Source of the DNA: the human T2T-CHM13v2.0 reference genome, Homo sapiens
Assembly: GCF_009914755.1 (NCBI RefSeq)
Contig: NC_060948.1
DNA: 64,000 bases
Strand: one strand, 5' to 3'
Shown: positions 1-14,429 of the stretch, one piece after another
Layout of the letters: every line of letters begins with the position of its first letter
Position numbering within the stretch: position 1 is the first letter of the stretch
The notes under the pieces: model-generated
The model's input: the letters and a program-made list of their open reading frames with translations, nothing else
Databases searched by the model: none
Told to the model about the DNA's origin: nothing
Position numbers and translations under genes: made by a program

Positions 1-509
1 GAATGGAATGCGAACGAATGGAGTGAAATTGTATGCAGTAGAAGGGAATAGAATGGAATGCAAGCGAAAGGAAAGGAATGGATTGGAATGGAATGGAATT
101 CATTGGAATGGAAGGGAATGTAGTGTAATGGACAGGCCTGGAATAAAGTGGAATGCTACTGTCTCGAATGGAGTAAAAATGTATGGAATGGAATGCAATG
201 AAACGGAATCGAATGTCATAGAATGTAATGGAATGCAAAAAAATGGAATCCAAAATCATTGACTGGAAAGGCTGGGTGTCGAAAGGAATTGACTCCAATG
301 GAATGGAATCGAATGGAATGGAAGTGAATAGAATCGAACTAAATCGAATGGAATGGAATTGATAGGAACGGAATGGAAAGGAATGCAATGATTTGGCATG
401 GAATGGAATCGAATGGCATCGAATGGAATGGAATGGAATGCAATGGAATGGAATGTATTAGAATGTAATGAACTTTAATGGAATGTACTCGAATGGATTC
501 GACTGGAAT

Positions 510-524
510 GGAATGTTCTGGAAG
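510..524. promoter_or_regulatory. Perfect heat-shock element motif 1 (U1 example; repeated in each unit)
   Basis: gGAAtgTTCtgGAAg matches nGAAnnTTCnnGAAn; motif match only, binding not shown. Confidence 0.6.
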
Positions 525-789
525 TGAATGGACTCCAATGGAATGGATTCAAAAGGAATGGAATCGTACGGAATGGAATCTAATGGAATGGAATTAAATG
601 GAAATGAATCAAATTGAATAGCACGGAATTGAATTGAATGGAATGGAATGCAATGGAATCTAATGAAACGGAAAGGAAAGGAATGGAATGGAATGGAATG
701 GGCTGGAATGGAAAGGAATCGAAACGAATGGAATGGAATCGAACTGAAGAGACTGGAATGGAATGCACTGGAATGGAAGGGAGTGTAAT

Positions 790-804
790 GGAAGGTTCTC
801 GAAA
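790..804. promoter_or_regulatory. Perfect heat-shock element motif 2 (U1 example; repeated in each unit)
   Basis: gGAAggTTCtcGAAa matches nGAAnnTTCnnGAAn; motif match only. Confidence 0.6.
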
Positions 805-1499
805 AAAATGGAATGGAATGGAATGGAATTGAATGGAACGGAATAGAGTCGAATGGAATTGAATGGAATGGAATGGACTAGAGTGAAATGGAATCGAACC
901 GCAAGGAATGGACAGGAATAGAATGGTCTCGAATTGAATGGAATCGTATGGAATGGCATCAAACGGAATGGAATGGACAGCCACGGAATGGAATGCACTC
1001 GAATGCAATGGAGTCGAAACTAATGGACTGGAATAGAATGGACTCGACTGGTACGGACTCCAATGGAATGGAATCGAATGGAAGGGAATCGAACGGAATG
1101 GACTCGAAGGGAAAAGACTGCAATGGAAAGGTCTCGAATGGAATGGAAATTAATGGAATGGAATGGAATCGAATGAAATGGAGTCAAAAGGAATGGAATC
1201 GAATGGCAAGAAATCGAATGTAATGGAATCGCAAGGAATTGATGTGAACGGAACGGAATGGAATGGAATCCAAAGGAATGGAATAGAATGGAATGGAATC
1301 GAATGGAAAGGACTCGAATGGAAATCACTCGAATAGAATGCAATTTAATAAAATAGGATCAAATGTAATGGAATGGAATGGAAAGGAATCGAAACGAAAG
1401 GAATGGAGACAGATGGAATGGAATGGAACAGAGAGCAATGGTATAGAATGGAATGGAATCATCTGGAATGGAATTGAATGGAATGGAATAATATGAAAT

Positions 1500-1524
1500 G
1501 GAATGGAATGGAATGGAATGGAAT
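1500..1524 (+). repeat. Copy-number-variable pure (GGAAT)n tract A (U1 example)
   Basis: 5 pentamers in most units, 9 in U2/U4, 7 in U18. Confidence 0.8.
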
Positions 1525-1815
1525 GTCCTTGAATTAAATGGACTGGAATGGAATGGACTCGAACAGAGTGGAATGGAAAGTGTTGAGATAGAATGCAATG
1601 GACTCCTTTGGAATGGTGTAGTATGCAATGCAATCGACTGGCAGGGAATCAAAAGGAATGTAATGGAATGGATTGGACTGGAATGCAATGGACTCGAATA
1701 GATTGGAAACGGAATGCAAAGGAATGGAATGGAATAGTATGGAATGGAATGGAAAGGAATGGAGTGGAATAGACTAGAGTGGAATGGAATGGACTGGAAA
1801 GCAATGGACTGGAAT

Positions 1816-1830
1816 GGAACTTTCTTGAAT
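1816..1830. promoter_or_regulatory. Perfect heat-shock element motif 3 (U1 example; repeated in each unit)
   Basis: gGAActTTCttGAAt matches nGAAnnTTCnnGAAn; motif match only. Confidence 0.6.
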
Positions 1831-3293
1831 GGACTGGAATCAAACGGAATGGAATGCAATGCAATCAAATGGCATGGAATAAAATAGAATGAAAGAGAAT
1901 CAAATGGAATTGAATCGAATGGAATCGAATGGATTGGAAAGGAATAGAATGGAATGGAATGGAATTGACTCAAATGGAATGGACTAGAATGGAATGGATT
2001 CGAATGGAAGGCAAAGGAATGGAATCTATTGGAATGGACTGTAATGGAATGGAATGGAAGGGATTGGAATGGACTCGAATGGAATGGACTGCAATAGAAA
2101 GGATTCGAATGGAATGAAAAAGAATTGAATGGAATAGAACAGAATGGAATCAAATCGAATGAAATGGAATGGAATAGAAAGGAATGGAATGAAATGGAAT
2201 GGAAAGGATTCGAATGGAATGCAATCGAATGGAATGGAATCGAACGGAATGGAATAAAATGGAAGAAAACTGGCAAGAAATGGAATCGAAATGAATGGAG
2301 TGTTATGGAACGGACTCAAAAGGAATTGAATGTAATAGAATGGAGTGGAGTGGACTCGAATATAATGGACTGGAATGGAATGAAATCACATGGAATGGGA
2401 ACGAATGGAATGGAATGGAAAGGAATGGAATCGAATGGAAAGGAATCGAATGGAAGGGAATGAAATTGAATCAACAGGAATGGAAGGGAATAGAATAGAC
2501 GGTAATGGAATGGACTCGAATAGAATGGACACGAATGCTGAAATTGAATGGACTCGAATGGAATGGAAACGAAAGGAATGTCATCGAATGGAATTGAATC
2601 GATTGGAATGAAATCGCATAGAATGGAGTGGAATCAAATGGAATTGAATCGAAAGGAAAGGAAGCGAATGGACTGAAATGAAATGGAATGGAATTGAATG
2701 GAAAGTAATGCAATGGAATAGAATGGAACGAAATTTCACGGAATGGAATCAAACTGAATGGAATCAAATCAATGGAATCAAATCAAATGGAATGGAAAGG
2801 AATTGAATGGAGTAGATTGGATTGGATGGGATTGGAATGAAATGTACTGGAAAGGACTCGAATTTCATGAAACGGAATGGAATGAATTGGAACGGAATGG
2901 ACTCGAATGGAATGGAATGTCATGGAATGGCATCAAATGGAATGGCATCAAATGGAATGGAATCGAATGCAATGGAATGCTATGGAATGGAATGGAATGC
3001 ATTGGAATGGAATGTCCTCTAATGGAATGGATTCGAGTGGAATGGAATCGAATATAATGGAGTCGAATGAAATGGAATTGAAAGGAGTGGGATCGAATAC
3101 AATGGAATATACTGGAATGTAATGTAATGAACTCGAATGTAATTGACTGGAATGGAATGTACATGAATGGAATGTAATCGAATGGAAAGTAATCCAATGG
3201 AATAGAATCTAATGCAATAAAACCGACTCAGATAGAGTAGAATGTAATGGAATGGAGTGCAGTGCAATGGAATGGAATGGAATGGAATGCAAT

Positions 3294-3338
3294 GGAATGG
3301 AATGGAATGGAATGGAATGGAATGGAATGGAATGGAAT
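3294..3338 (+). repeat. Copy-number-variable pure (GGAAT)n tract B (U1 example)
   Basis: 9 pentamers in U1, 10 in U2, 6 in U3; about 6-11 across units. Confidence 0.8.
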
Positions 3339-3702
3339 GGGATGGAATGGGATGGAATGGATAGTAATGGACTGGAGTGAAATGGACTGGAAAGGAATGG
3401 ACTCAAATTGAAAGGGCTCGAAAGGAATGGAGTCAAATGGAATGGTCTGGAATGGAATGAACACGAATGTAATGCAATCCAATAGAATGGAATCGAATGG
3501 CATGGAATATAAAGAAATGGAATCGAAGAGAATGGAAACAAATGGAATGGAATTGAATGGAATGGAATTGAATGGAATGGGAACGAATGGAGTGAAATTG
3601 TATGCAGTAGAAGGGAATAGAATGGAATGCAAGCGAAAGGAAAGGAATGGATTGGAATGGAATGGAATTCATTGGAATGGAAGGGAATGTAGTGTAATGG
3701 AC

Positions 3703-6700
3703 AGGCCTGGAATAAAGTGGAATGCTACGGTCTCGAATGGAATAAAAATGTATGGAATGGAATGCAAAGAAACGGAATCGAATGTCATAGAATGTAATGG
3801 AATGCAAAAAAATGGAATCCAAAATCATTGACTGGAAAGGCTGGGTGTCAAAAGGAATTGACTCCAATGGAATGGAATCGAATGGAATGGAAGTGAATAG
3901 AATCGAACTAAATCGAATGGAATGGAATTGATAGGAACGGAATGGAAAGGAATGCAATGATTTGGCATGGAATGGAATCGAATGGCATCGAATGGAATGG
4001 AATGGAATGCAATGGAATGGAATGTATTAGAATGTAATGAACTTTAATGGAATGTACTCGAATGGATTCGACTGGAATGGAATGTTCTGGAAGTGAATGG
4101 ACTCCAATGGAATGGATTCCAAAGGAATGGAATCGTACGGAATGGAATCTAATGGAATGGAATTAAATGGAAATGAATCAAATTGAATAGCACGGAATTG
4201 AATTGAATGGAATCGAATGCAATGGAATCTAATGAAACGGAAAGGAAAGGAATGGAATGGAATGGAATGGGCTGGAATGGAAAGGAATCGAAACGAATGG
4301 AATGGAATCGAACTGAAGAGACTGGAATGGAATGCACTGGAATGGAAGGGAGTGTAATGGAAGGTTCTCGAAAAAAATGGAATCGAATGGAATGGAATTG
4401 AATGGAACGGAATAGAGTCGAATGGAATTGAATGGAATGGAATGGACTAGAGTGAAATGGAATCGAACCACAAGGAATGGACAGGAATAGAATGGTCTCG
4501 AATTGAATGGAATCGTATGGAATGGCATCAAACGGAATGGAATGGACAGCCACGGAATGGAATGCACTCGAATGCAATGGAGTCGAAACTAATGGACTGG
4601 AATAGAATGGACTCGACTGGTACGGACTCCAATGGAATGGAATCGAATGGAAGGGAATCGAACGGAATGGACTCGAAGGGAAAAGACTGCAATGGAAAGG
4701 TCTCGAATGGAATGGAAATTAATGGAATGGAATGGAATCGAATGAAATGGAGTCAAAAGGAATGGAATCGAATGGCAAGAAATCGAATGTAATGGAATCG
4801 CAAGGAATTGATGTGAACGGAACGGAATGGAATGGAATCCAAAGGAATGGAATAGAATGGAATGGAATCGAATGGAAAGGACTCGAATGGAAATCACTCG
4901 AATAGAATGCAATTTAATAAAATAGGATCAAATGTAATGGAATGGAATGGAAAGGAATCGAAACGAAAGGAATGGAGACAGATGGAATGGAATGGAACAG
5001 AGAGCAATGGTATAGAATGGAATGGAATCATCTGGAATGGAATTGAATGGAATGGAATAATATGAAATGGAATGGAATGGAATGGAATGGAATGGAATGG
5101 AATGGAATGGAATGCCCTTGAATTAAATGGACTGGAATGGAATGGACTCGAACAGAGTGGAATGGAAAGTGTTGAGATAGAATGCAATGGACTCCTTCGG
5201 AATGGTCTAGTATGCAATGCAATCGACTGGCAGGGAATCAAAAGGAATGTAATCGAATGGATTGGACTGGAATGCAGTGGACTCGAATAGATTGGAAACG
5301 GAATGCAAAGGAATGGAATGGAATAGTATGGAATGGAATGGAAAGGAATGGAGTGGAATAGACTAGAGTGGAATGGAATGGACTGGAAAGCAATGGACTG
5401 GAATGGAACTTTCTTGAATGGACTGGAATCAAACGGAATGGAATGCAATGCAATCAAATGGCATGGAATAAAATAGAATGAAAGAGAATCAAATGGAATT
5501 GAATCGAATGGAATCGAATGGATTGGAAAGGAATAGAATGGAATGGAATGGAATTGACTCAAATGGAATGGACTAGAATGGAATGGATTCGAATGGAAGG
5601 CAAAGGAATGGAATCTATTGGAATGGACTGTAATGGAATGGAATGGAAGGGATTGGAATGGACTCGAATGGAATGGACTGCAATAGAAAGGATTCGAATG
5701 GAATGAAAAAGAATTGAATGGAATAGAACAGAATGGAATCAAATCGAATGAAATGGAATGGAATAGAAAGGAATGGAATGAAATGGAATGGAAAGGATTC
5801 GAATGGAATGCAATCGAATGGAATGGAATCGAACGGAATGGAATAAAATGGAAGAAAACTGGCAAGAAATGGAATCGAAATGAATGGAGTGTTATGGAAC
5901 GGACTCAAAAGGAATTGAATGTAATAGAATGGAGTGGAGTGGACTCGAATATAATGGACTGGAATGGAATGAAATCACATGGAATGGGAACGAATGGAAT
6001 GGAATGGAAAGGAATGGAATCGAATGGAAAGGAATCGAATGGAAGGGAATGAAATTGAATCAACAGGAATGGAAGGGAATAGAATAGACGGTAATGGAAT
6101 GGACTCGAATAGAATGGACACGAATGCTCAAATTGAATGGACTCGAATGGAATGGAAACGAAAGGAATGTCATCGAATGGAATTGAATCGATTGGAATGA
6201 AATCGCATAGAATGGAGTGGAATCAAATGGAATTGAATCGAAAGGAAAGGAAGCGAATGGACTGAAATGAAATGGAATGGAATTGAATGGAAAGTAATGC
6301 AATGGAATAGAATGGAATGAAATTTCACGGAATGGAATCAAACTGAATGGAATCAAATCAATGGAATCAAATCAAATGGAATGGAAAGGAATTGAATGGA
6401 GTAGATTGGATTCGATGGGATTGGAATGAAATGTACTGGAAAGGACTCGAATTTCATGAAACGGAATGGAATGAATTGGAACGGAATGGACTCGAATGGA
6501 ATGGAATGTCATGGAATGGCATCAAATGGAATGGCATCAAATGGAATGGAATCGAATGCAATGGAATGCTATGGAATGGAATGGAATGCATTGGAATGGA
6601 ATGTCCTCTAATGGAATGGATTCGAGTGGAATGGAATCGAATATAATGGAGTCGAATGAAATGGAATTGAAAGGAGTGGGATCGAATACAATGGAATATA

Positions 6701-7296
6701 CTGGAATGTAATGTAATGAACTCGAATATAATTGACTGGAATGGAATGTACATGAATGGAATGTAATCGAATGGAAAGTAATCCAATGGAATAGAATCTA
6801 ATGCAATAAAACCGACTCAGATAGAGTAGAATGTAATGGAATGGAGTGCAGTGCAATGGAATGGAATGGAATGGAATGCAATGGAATGGAATGGAATGGA
6901 ATGGAATGGAATGGAATGGAATGGAATGGAATGGGATGGAATGGTATGGAATGGATAGTAATGGACTGGAGTGAAATGGACTGGAAAGGAATGGACTCAA
7001 ATTGAAAGGGCTCGAAAGGAATGGAGTCAAATGGAATGGTCTGGAATGGAATGAACACGAATGTAATGCAATCCAATAGAATGGAATCGAATGGCATGGA
7101 ATATAAAGAAATGGAATCGAAGAGAATGGAAACAAATGGAATGGAATTGAATGGAATGGAATTGAATGGAATGGGAACGAATGGAGTGAAATTGTATGCA
7201 GTAGAAGGGAATAGAATGGAATGCAAGCGAAAGGAAAGGAATGGATTGGAATGGAATGGAATTCATTGGAATGGAAGGGAATGTAGTGTAATGGAC
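3703..7296 (+). repeat. Unit U2 (3,594 bp)
   Basis: AGGCCT at 3703 and 7297; expanded pure GGAAT tract near 5070-5113. Confidence 0.92.
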
Positions 7297-10200
7297 AGGC
7301 CTGGAATAAAGTGGAATGCTACGGTCTCGAATGGAATAAAAATGTATGGAATGGAATGCAATGAAACGGAATCGAATGTCATAGAATGTAATGGAATGCA
7401 ACAAAATGGAATCCAAAATCATTGACTGGAAAGGCTGGGTGTCGAAAGGAATTGACTCCAATGGAATGGAATCGAATGGAATGGAAGTGAATAGAATCGA
7501 ACTAAATCGAATGGAATGGAATTGATAGGAACGGAATGGAAAGGAATGCAATGATTTGGCATGGAATGGAATCGAATGGCATCGAATGGAATGGAATGGA
7601 ATGCAATGGAATGGAATGTATTAGAATGTAATGAACTTTAATGGAATGTACTCGAATGGATTCGACTGGAATGGAATGTTCTGGAAGTGAATGGACTCCA
7701 ATGGAATGGATTCAAAAGGAATGGAATCGTACGGAATGGAATCTAATGGAATGGAATTAAATGGAAATGAATCAAATTGAATAGCACGGAATTGAATTGA
7801 ATGGAATGGAATGCAATGGAATCTAATGAAACGGAAAGGAAAGGAATGGAATGGAATGGAATGGGCTGGAATGGAAAGGAATCGAAACGAATGGAATGGA
7901 ATCGAACTGAAGAGACTGGAATGGAATGCACTGGAATGGAAGGGAGTGTAATGGAAGGTTCTCGAAAAAAATGGAATCGAATGGAATGGAATTGAATGGA
8001 ACGGAATAGAGTCGAATGGAATTGAATGGAATGGAATGGACTAGAGTGAAATGGAATCGAACCACAAGGAATGGACAGGAATAGAATGGTCTCGAATTGA
8101 ATGGAATCGTATGGAATGGCATCAAACGGAATGGAATGGACAGCCACGGAATGGAATGCACTCGAATGCAATGGAGTCGAAACTAATGGACTGGAATAGA
8201 ATGGACTCGACTGGTACGGACTCCAATGGAATGGAATCGAATGGAAGGGAATCGAACGGAATGGACTCGAAGGGAAAAGACTGCAATGGAAAGGTCTCGA
8301 ATGGAATGGAAATTAATGGAATGGAATGGAATCGAATGAAATGGAGTCAAAAGGAATGGAATCGAATGGCAAGAAATCGAATGTAATGGAATCGCAAGGA
8401 ATTGATGTGAACGGAACGGAATGGAATGGAATCCAAAGGAATGGAATAGAATGGAATGGAATCGAATGGAAAGGACTCGAATGGAAATCACTCGAATAGA
8501 ATGCAATTTAATAAAATAGGATCAAATGTAATGGAATGGAATGGAAAGGAATCGAAACGAAAGGAATGGAGACAGATGGAATGGAATGGAACAGAGAGCA
8601 ATGGTATAGAATGGAATGGAATCATCTGGAATGGAATTGAATGGAATGGAATAATATGAAATGGAATGGAATGGAATGGAATGGAATGCCCTTGAATTAA
8701 ATGGACTGGAATGGAATGGACTCGAACAGAGTGGAATGGAAAGTGTTGAGATAGAATGGAATGGACTCCTTTGGAATGGTGTAGTATGCAATGCAATCGA
8801 CTGGCAGGGAATCAAAAGGAATGTAATGGAATGGATTGGACTGGAATGCAATGGACTCGAATAGATTGGAAACGGAATGCAAAGGAATGGAATGGAATAG
8901 TATGGAATGGAATGGAAAGGAATGGAGTGGAATAGACTAGAGTGGAATGGAATGGACTGGAAAGCAATGGACTGGAATGGAACTTTCTTGAATGGACTGG
9001 AATCAAACGGAATGGAATGCAATGCAATCAAATGGCATGGAATAAAATAGAATGAAAGAGAATCAAATGGAATTGAATCGAATGGAATCGAATGGATTGG
9101 AAAGGAATAGAATGGAATGGAATGGAATGGACTAGAATGGAATGGATTCGAATGGAAGGCAAAGGAATGGAATCTATTGGAATGGACTGTAATGGAATGG
9201 AATGGAAGGGATTGGAATGGACTCGAATGGAATGGACTGCAATAGAAAGGATTCGAATGGAATGAAAAAGAATTGAATGGAATAGAACAGAATGGAATGA
9301 AATCGAATGAAATGGAATGGAATAGAAAGGAATGGAATGAAATGGAATGGAAAGGATTCGAATGGAATGCAATCGAATGGAATGGAATCGAACGGAATGG
9401 AATAAAATGGAAGAAAACTGGCAAGAAATGGAATCGAAATGAATGGAGTGTTATGGAACGGACTCAAAAGGAATTGAATGTAATAGAATGGAGTGGAGTG
9501 GACTCGAATATAATGGACTGGAATGGAATGAAATCACATGGAATGGGAACGAATGGAATGGAATGGAAAGGAATGGAATCGAATGGAAAGGAAACGAACG
9601 GAAGGGAATGAAATTGAATCAACAGGAATGGAAGGGAATAGAATAGACGGTAATGGAATGGACTCGAATAGAATGGACACGAATGCTGAAATCGAATGGA
9701 CTCGAATGGAATGGAAACGAAAGGAATGTCATCGAATGGAATTGAATCGATTGGAATGAAATCGCATAGAATGGAGTGGAATCAAATGGAATTGAATCGA
9801 AAGGAAAGGAAGCGAATGGACTGAAATGAAATGGAATGGAATTGAATGGAAAGTAATGCAATGGAATAGAATGGAACAAAATTTCACGGAATGGAATCAA
9901 ACTGAATGGAATCAAATCAATGGAATCAAATCAAATGGAATGGAAAGGAATTGAATGGAGTAGATTGGATTGGATGGGATTGGAATGAAATGTACTGGAA
10001 AGGACTCGAATTTCATGAAACGGAATGGAATGAATTGGAACGGAATGGACTCGAATGGAATGGAATGTCATGGAATGGCATCAAATGGAATGGTATCAAA
10101 TGGAATGGAATCGAATGCAATGGAATGCTATGGAATGGAATGGAATGCATTGGAATGGAATGTCCTCTAATGGAATGGATTCGAGTGGAATGGAATCGAA

Positions 10201-10835
10201 TATAATGGAGTCGAATGAAATGGAATTGAAAGGAATGGGATCGAATACAATGGAATATACTGGAATGTAATGTAATGAACTCGAATGTAATTGACTGGAA
10301 TGGAATGTACATGAATGGAATGTAATCGAATGGAAAGTAATCCAATGGAATAGAATCTAATGCAATAAAATCGACTCAGATAGAGTAGAATGTAATGGAA
10401 TGGAGTGTAGTGCAATGGAATGGAATGGAATGGAATGCAATTGAATGGAATGGAATGGAATGGAATGGAATGGGATGGAATGGTATGGAATGGATAGTAA
10501 TGGACTGGAGTGAAATGGACTGGAAAGGAATGGACTCAAATTGAAAGGGCTCGAAAGGAATGGAGTCAAATGGAATGGTCTGGAATGGAATGAACACGAA
10601 TGTAATGCAATCCAATAGAATGGAATCGAATGGCATGGAATATAAAGAAATGGAATCGAAGAGAATGGAAACAAATGGAATGGAATTGAATGGAATGGAA
10701 TTGAATGGAATGGGAACGAATGGAGTGAAATTGTATGCAGTAGAAGGGAATAGAATGGAATGCAAGCGAAAGGAAAGGAATGGATTGGAATGGAATGGAA
10801 TTCATTGGAATGGAAGGGAATGTAGTGTAATGGAC
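7297..10835 (+). repeat. Unit U3 (3,539 bp)
   Basis: AGGCCT at 7297 and 10836; 15-bp deletion near 9125. Confidence 0.92.
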
Positions 10836-13800
10836 AGGCCTGGAATAAAGTGGAATGCTACGGTCTCGAATGGAATAAAAATGTATGGAATGGAATGCAA
10901 AGAAACGGAATCGAATGTCATAGAATGTAATGGAATGCAAAAAAATGGAATCCAAAATCATTGACTGGAAAGGCTGGGTGTCGAAAGGAATTGACTCCAA
11001 TGGAATGGAATCGAATGGAATGGAAGTGAATAGAATCGAACTAAATCGAATGGAATGGAATTGATAGGAACGGAATGGAAAGGAATGCAATGATTTGGCA
11101 TGGAATGGAATCGAATGGCATCGAATGGAATGGAATGGAATGCAATGGAATGGAATGTATTAGAATGTAATGAACTTTAATGGAATGTACTCGAATGGAT
11201 TCGACTGGAATGGAATGTTCTGGAAGTGAATGGACTCCAATGGAATGGATTCCAAAGGAATGGAATCGTACGGAATGGAATCTAATGGAATGGAATTAAA
11301 TGGAAATGAATCAAATTGAATAGCACGGAATTGAATTGAATGGAATCGAATGCAATGGAATCTAATGAAACGGAAAGGAAAGGAATGGAATGGAATGGAA
11401 TGGGCTGGAATGGAAAGGAATCGAAACGAATGGAATGGAATCGAACTGAAGAGACTGGAATGGAATGCACTGGAATGGAAGGGAGTGTAATGGAAGGTTC
11501 TCGAAAAAAATGGAATCGAATGGAATGGAATTGAATGGAACGGAATAGAGTCGAATGGAATTGAATGGAATGGAATGGACTAGAGTGAAATGGAATCGAA
11601 CCACAAGGAATGGACAGGAATAGAATGGTCTCGAATTGAATGGAATCGTATGGAATGGCATCAAACGGAATGGAATGGACAGCCACGGAATGGAATGCAC
11701 TCGAATGCAATGGAGTCGAAACTAATGGACTGGAATAGAATGGACTCGACTGGTACGGACTCCAATGGAATGGAATCGAATGGAAGGGAATCGAACGGAA
11801 TGGACTCGAAGGGAAAAGACTGCAATGGAAAGGTCTCGAATGGAATGGAAATTAATGGAATGGAATGGAATCGAATGAAATGGAGTCAAAAGGAATGGAA
11901 TCGAATGGCAAGAAATCGAATGTAATGGAATCGCAAGGAATTGATGTGAACGGAACGGAATGGAATGGAATCCAAAGGAATGGAATAGAATGGAATGGAA
12001 TCGAATGGAAAGGACTCGAATGGAAATCACTCGAATAGAATGCAATTTAATAAAATAGGATCAAATGTAATGGAATGGAATGGAAAGGAATCGAAACGAA
12101 AGGAATGGAGACAGATGGAATGGAATGGAACAGAGAGCAATGGTATAGAATGGAATGGAATCATCTGGAATGGAATTGAATGGAATGGAATAATATGAAA
12201 TGGAATGGAATGGAATGGAATGGAATGGAATGGAATGGAATGGAATGCCCTTGAATTAAATGGACTGGAATGGAATGGACTCGAACAGAGTGGAATGGAA
12301 AGTGTTGAGATAGAATGCAATGGACTCCTTCGGAATGGTCTAGTATGCAATGCAATCGACTGGCAGGGAATCAAAAGGAATGTAATCGAATGGATTGGAC
12401 TGGAATGCAGTGGACTCGAATAGATTGGAAACGGAATGCAAAGGAATGGAATGGAATAGTATGGAATGGAATGGAAAGGAATGGAGTGGAATAGACTAGA
12501 GTGGAATGGAATGGACTGGAAAGCAATGGACTGGAATGGAACTTTCTTGAATGGACTGGAATCAAACGGAATGGAATGCAATGCAATCAAATGGCATGGA
12601 ATAAAATAGAATGAAAGAGAATCAAATGGAATTGAATCGAATGGAATCGAATGGATTGGAAAGGAATAGAATGGAATGGAATGGAATTGACTCAAATGGA
12701 ATGGACTAGAATGGAATGGATTCGAATGGAAGGCAAAGGAATGGAATCTATTGGAATGGACTGTAATGGAATGGAATGGAAGGGATTGGAATGGACTCGA
12801 ATGGAATGGACTGCAATAGAAAGGATTCGAATGGAATGAAAAAGAATTGAATGGAATAGAACAGAATGGAATCAAATCGAATGAAATGGAATGGAATAGA
12901 AAGGAATGGAATGAAATGGAATGGAAAGGATTCGAATGGAATGCAATCGAATGGAATGGAATCGAACGGAATGGAATAAAATGGAAGAAAACTGGCAAGA
13001 AATGGAATCGAAATGAATGGAGTGTTATGGAACGGACTCAAAAGGAATTGAATGTAATAGAATGGAGTGGAGTGGACTCGAATATAATGGACTGGAATGG
13101 AATGAAATCACATGGAATGGGAACGAATGGAATGGAATGGAAAGGAATGGAATCGAATGGAAAGGAATCGAATGGAAGGGAATGAAATTGAATCAACAGG
13201 AATGGAAGGGAATAGAATAGACGGTAATGGAATGGACTCGAATAGAATGGACACGAATGCTCAAATTGAATGGACTCGAATGGAATGGAAACGAAAGGAA
13301 TGTCATCGAATGGAATTGAATCGATTGGAATGAAATCGCATAGAATGGAGTGGAATCAAATGGAATTGAATCGAAAGGAAAGGAAGCGAATGGACTGAAA
13401 TGAAATGGAATGGAATTGAATGGAAAGTAATGCAATGGAATAGAATGGAATGAAATTTCACGGAATGGAATCAAACTGAATGGAATCAAATCAATGGAAT
13501 CAAATCAAATGGAATGGAAAGGAATTGAATGGAGTAGATTGGATTCGATGGGATTGGAATGAAATGTACTGGAAAGGACTCGAATTTCATGAAACGGAAT
13601 GGAATGAATTGGAACGGAATGGACTCGAATGGAATGGAATGTCATGGAATGGCATCAAATGGAATGGCATCAAATGGAATGGAATCGAATGCAATGGAAT
13701 GCTATGGAATGGAATGGAATGCATTGGAATGGAATGTCCTCTAATGGAATGGATTCGAGTGGAATGGAATCGAATATAATGGAGTCGAATGAAATGGAAT

Positions 13801-14429
13801 TGAAAGGAGTGGGATCGAATACAATGGAATATACTGGAATGTAATGTAATGAACTCGAATATAATTGACTGGAATGGAATGTACATGAATGGAATGTAAT
13901 CGAATGGAAAGTAATCCAATGGAATAGAATCTAATGCAATAAAACCGACTCAGATAGAGTAGAATGTAATGGAATGGAGTGCAGTGCAATGGAATGGAAT
14001 GGAATGGAATGCAATGGAATGGAATGGAATGGAATGGAATGGAATGGAATGGAATGGAATGGAATGGGATGGAATGGTATGGAATGGATAGTAATGGACT
14101 GGAGTGAAATGGACTGGAAAGGAATGGACTCAAATTGAAAGGGCTCGAAAGGAATGGAGTCAAATGGAATGGTCTGGAATGGAATGAACACGAATGTAAT
14201 GCAATCCAATAGAATGGAATCGAATGGCATGGAATATAAAGAAATGGAATCGAAGAGAATGGAAACAAATGGAATGGAATTGAATGGAATGGAATTGAAT
14301 GGAATGGGAACGAATGGAGTGAAATTGTATGCAGTAGAAGGGAATAGAATGGAATGCAAGCGAAAGGAAAGGAATGGATTGGAATGGAATGGAATTCATT
14401 GGAATGGAAGGGAATGTAGTGTAATGGAC
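10836..14429 (+). repeat. Unit U4 (3,594 bp; near-copy of U2)
   Basis: Same length and private variants as U2 at +7,133 bp. Confidence 0.92.

Larger units (their letters stand above)
134..3702 (+). repeat. DYZ1-type unit U1 (3,569 bp, AGGCCT to AGGCCT)
   Basis: AGGCCT at 134 and 3703. Confidence 0.92.

Noticed and set aside
2859-2872. Possible additional HSE (cgaatttcatgaaa)
   Set aside because: Only two correctly spaced units (TTCatGAA); the third is out of register.
142-3222. Several AATAAA hexamers per unit
   Set aside because: They are easily derived from GAATGGAA by substitution and have no gene context or clear downstream element.
161-3390. Short internal echoes (gtctcgaat, gactccaatgg, ctagagtg, gggaacgaatgg) suggesting an ancient sub-repeat
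   Set aside because: Spacings are irregular and I could not establish a sub-period by eye; this needs autocorrelation of the non-consensus positions.
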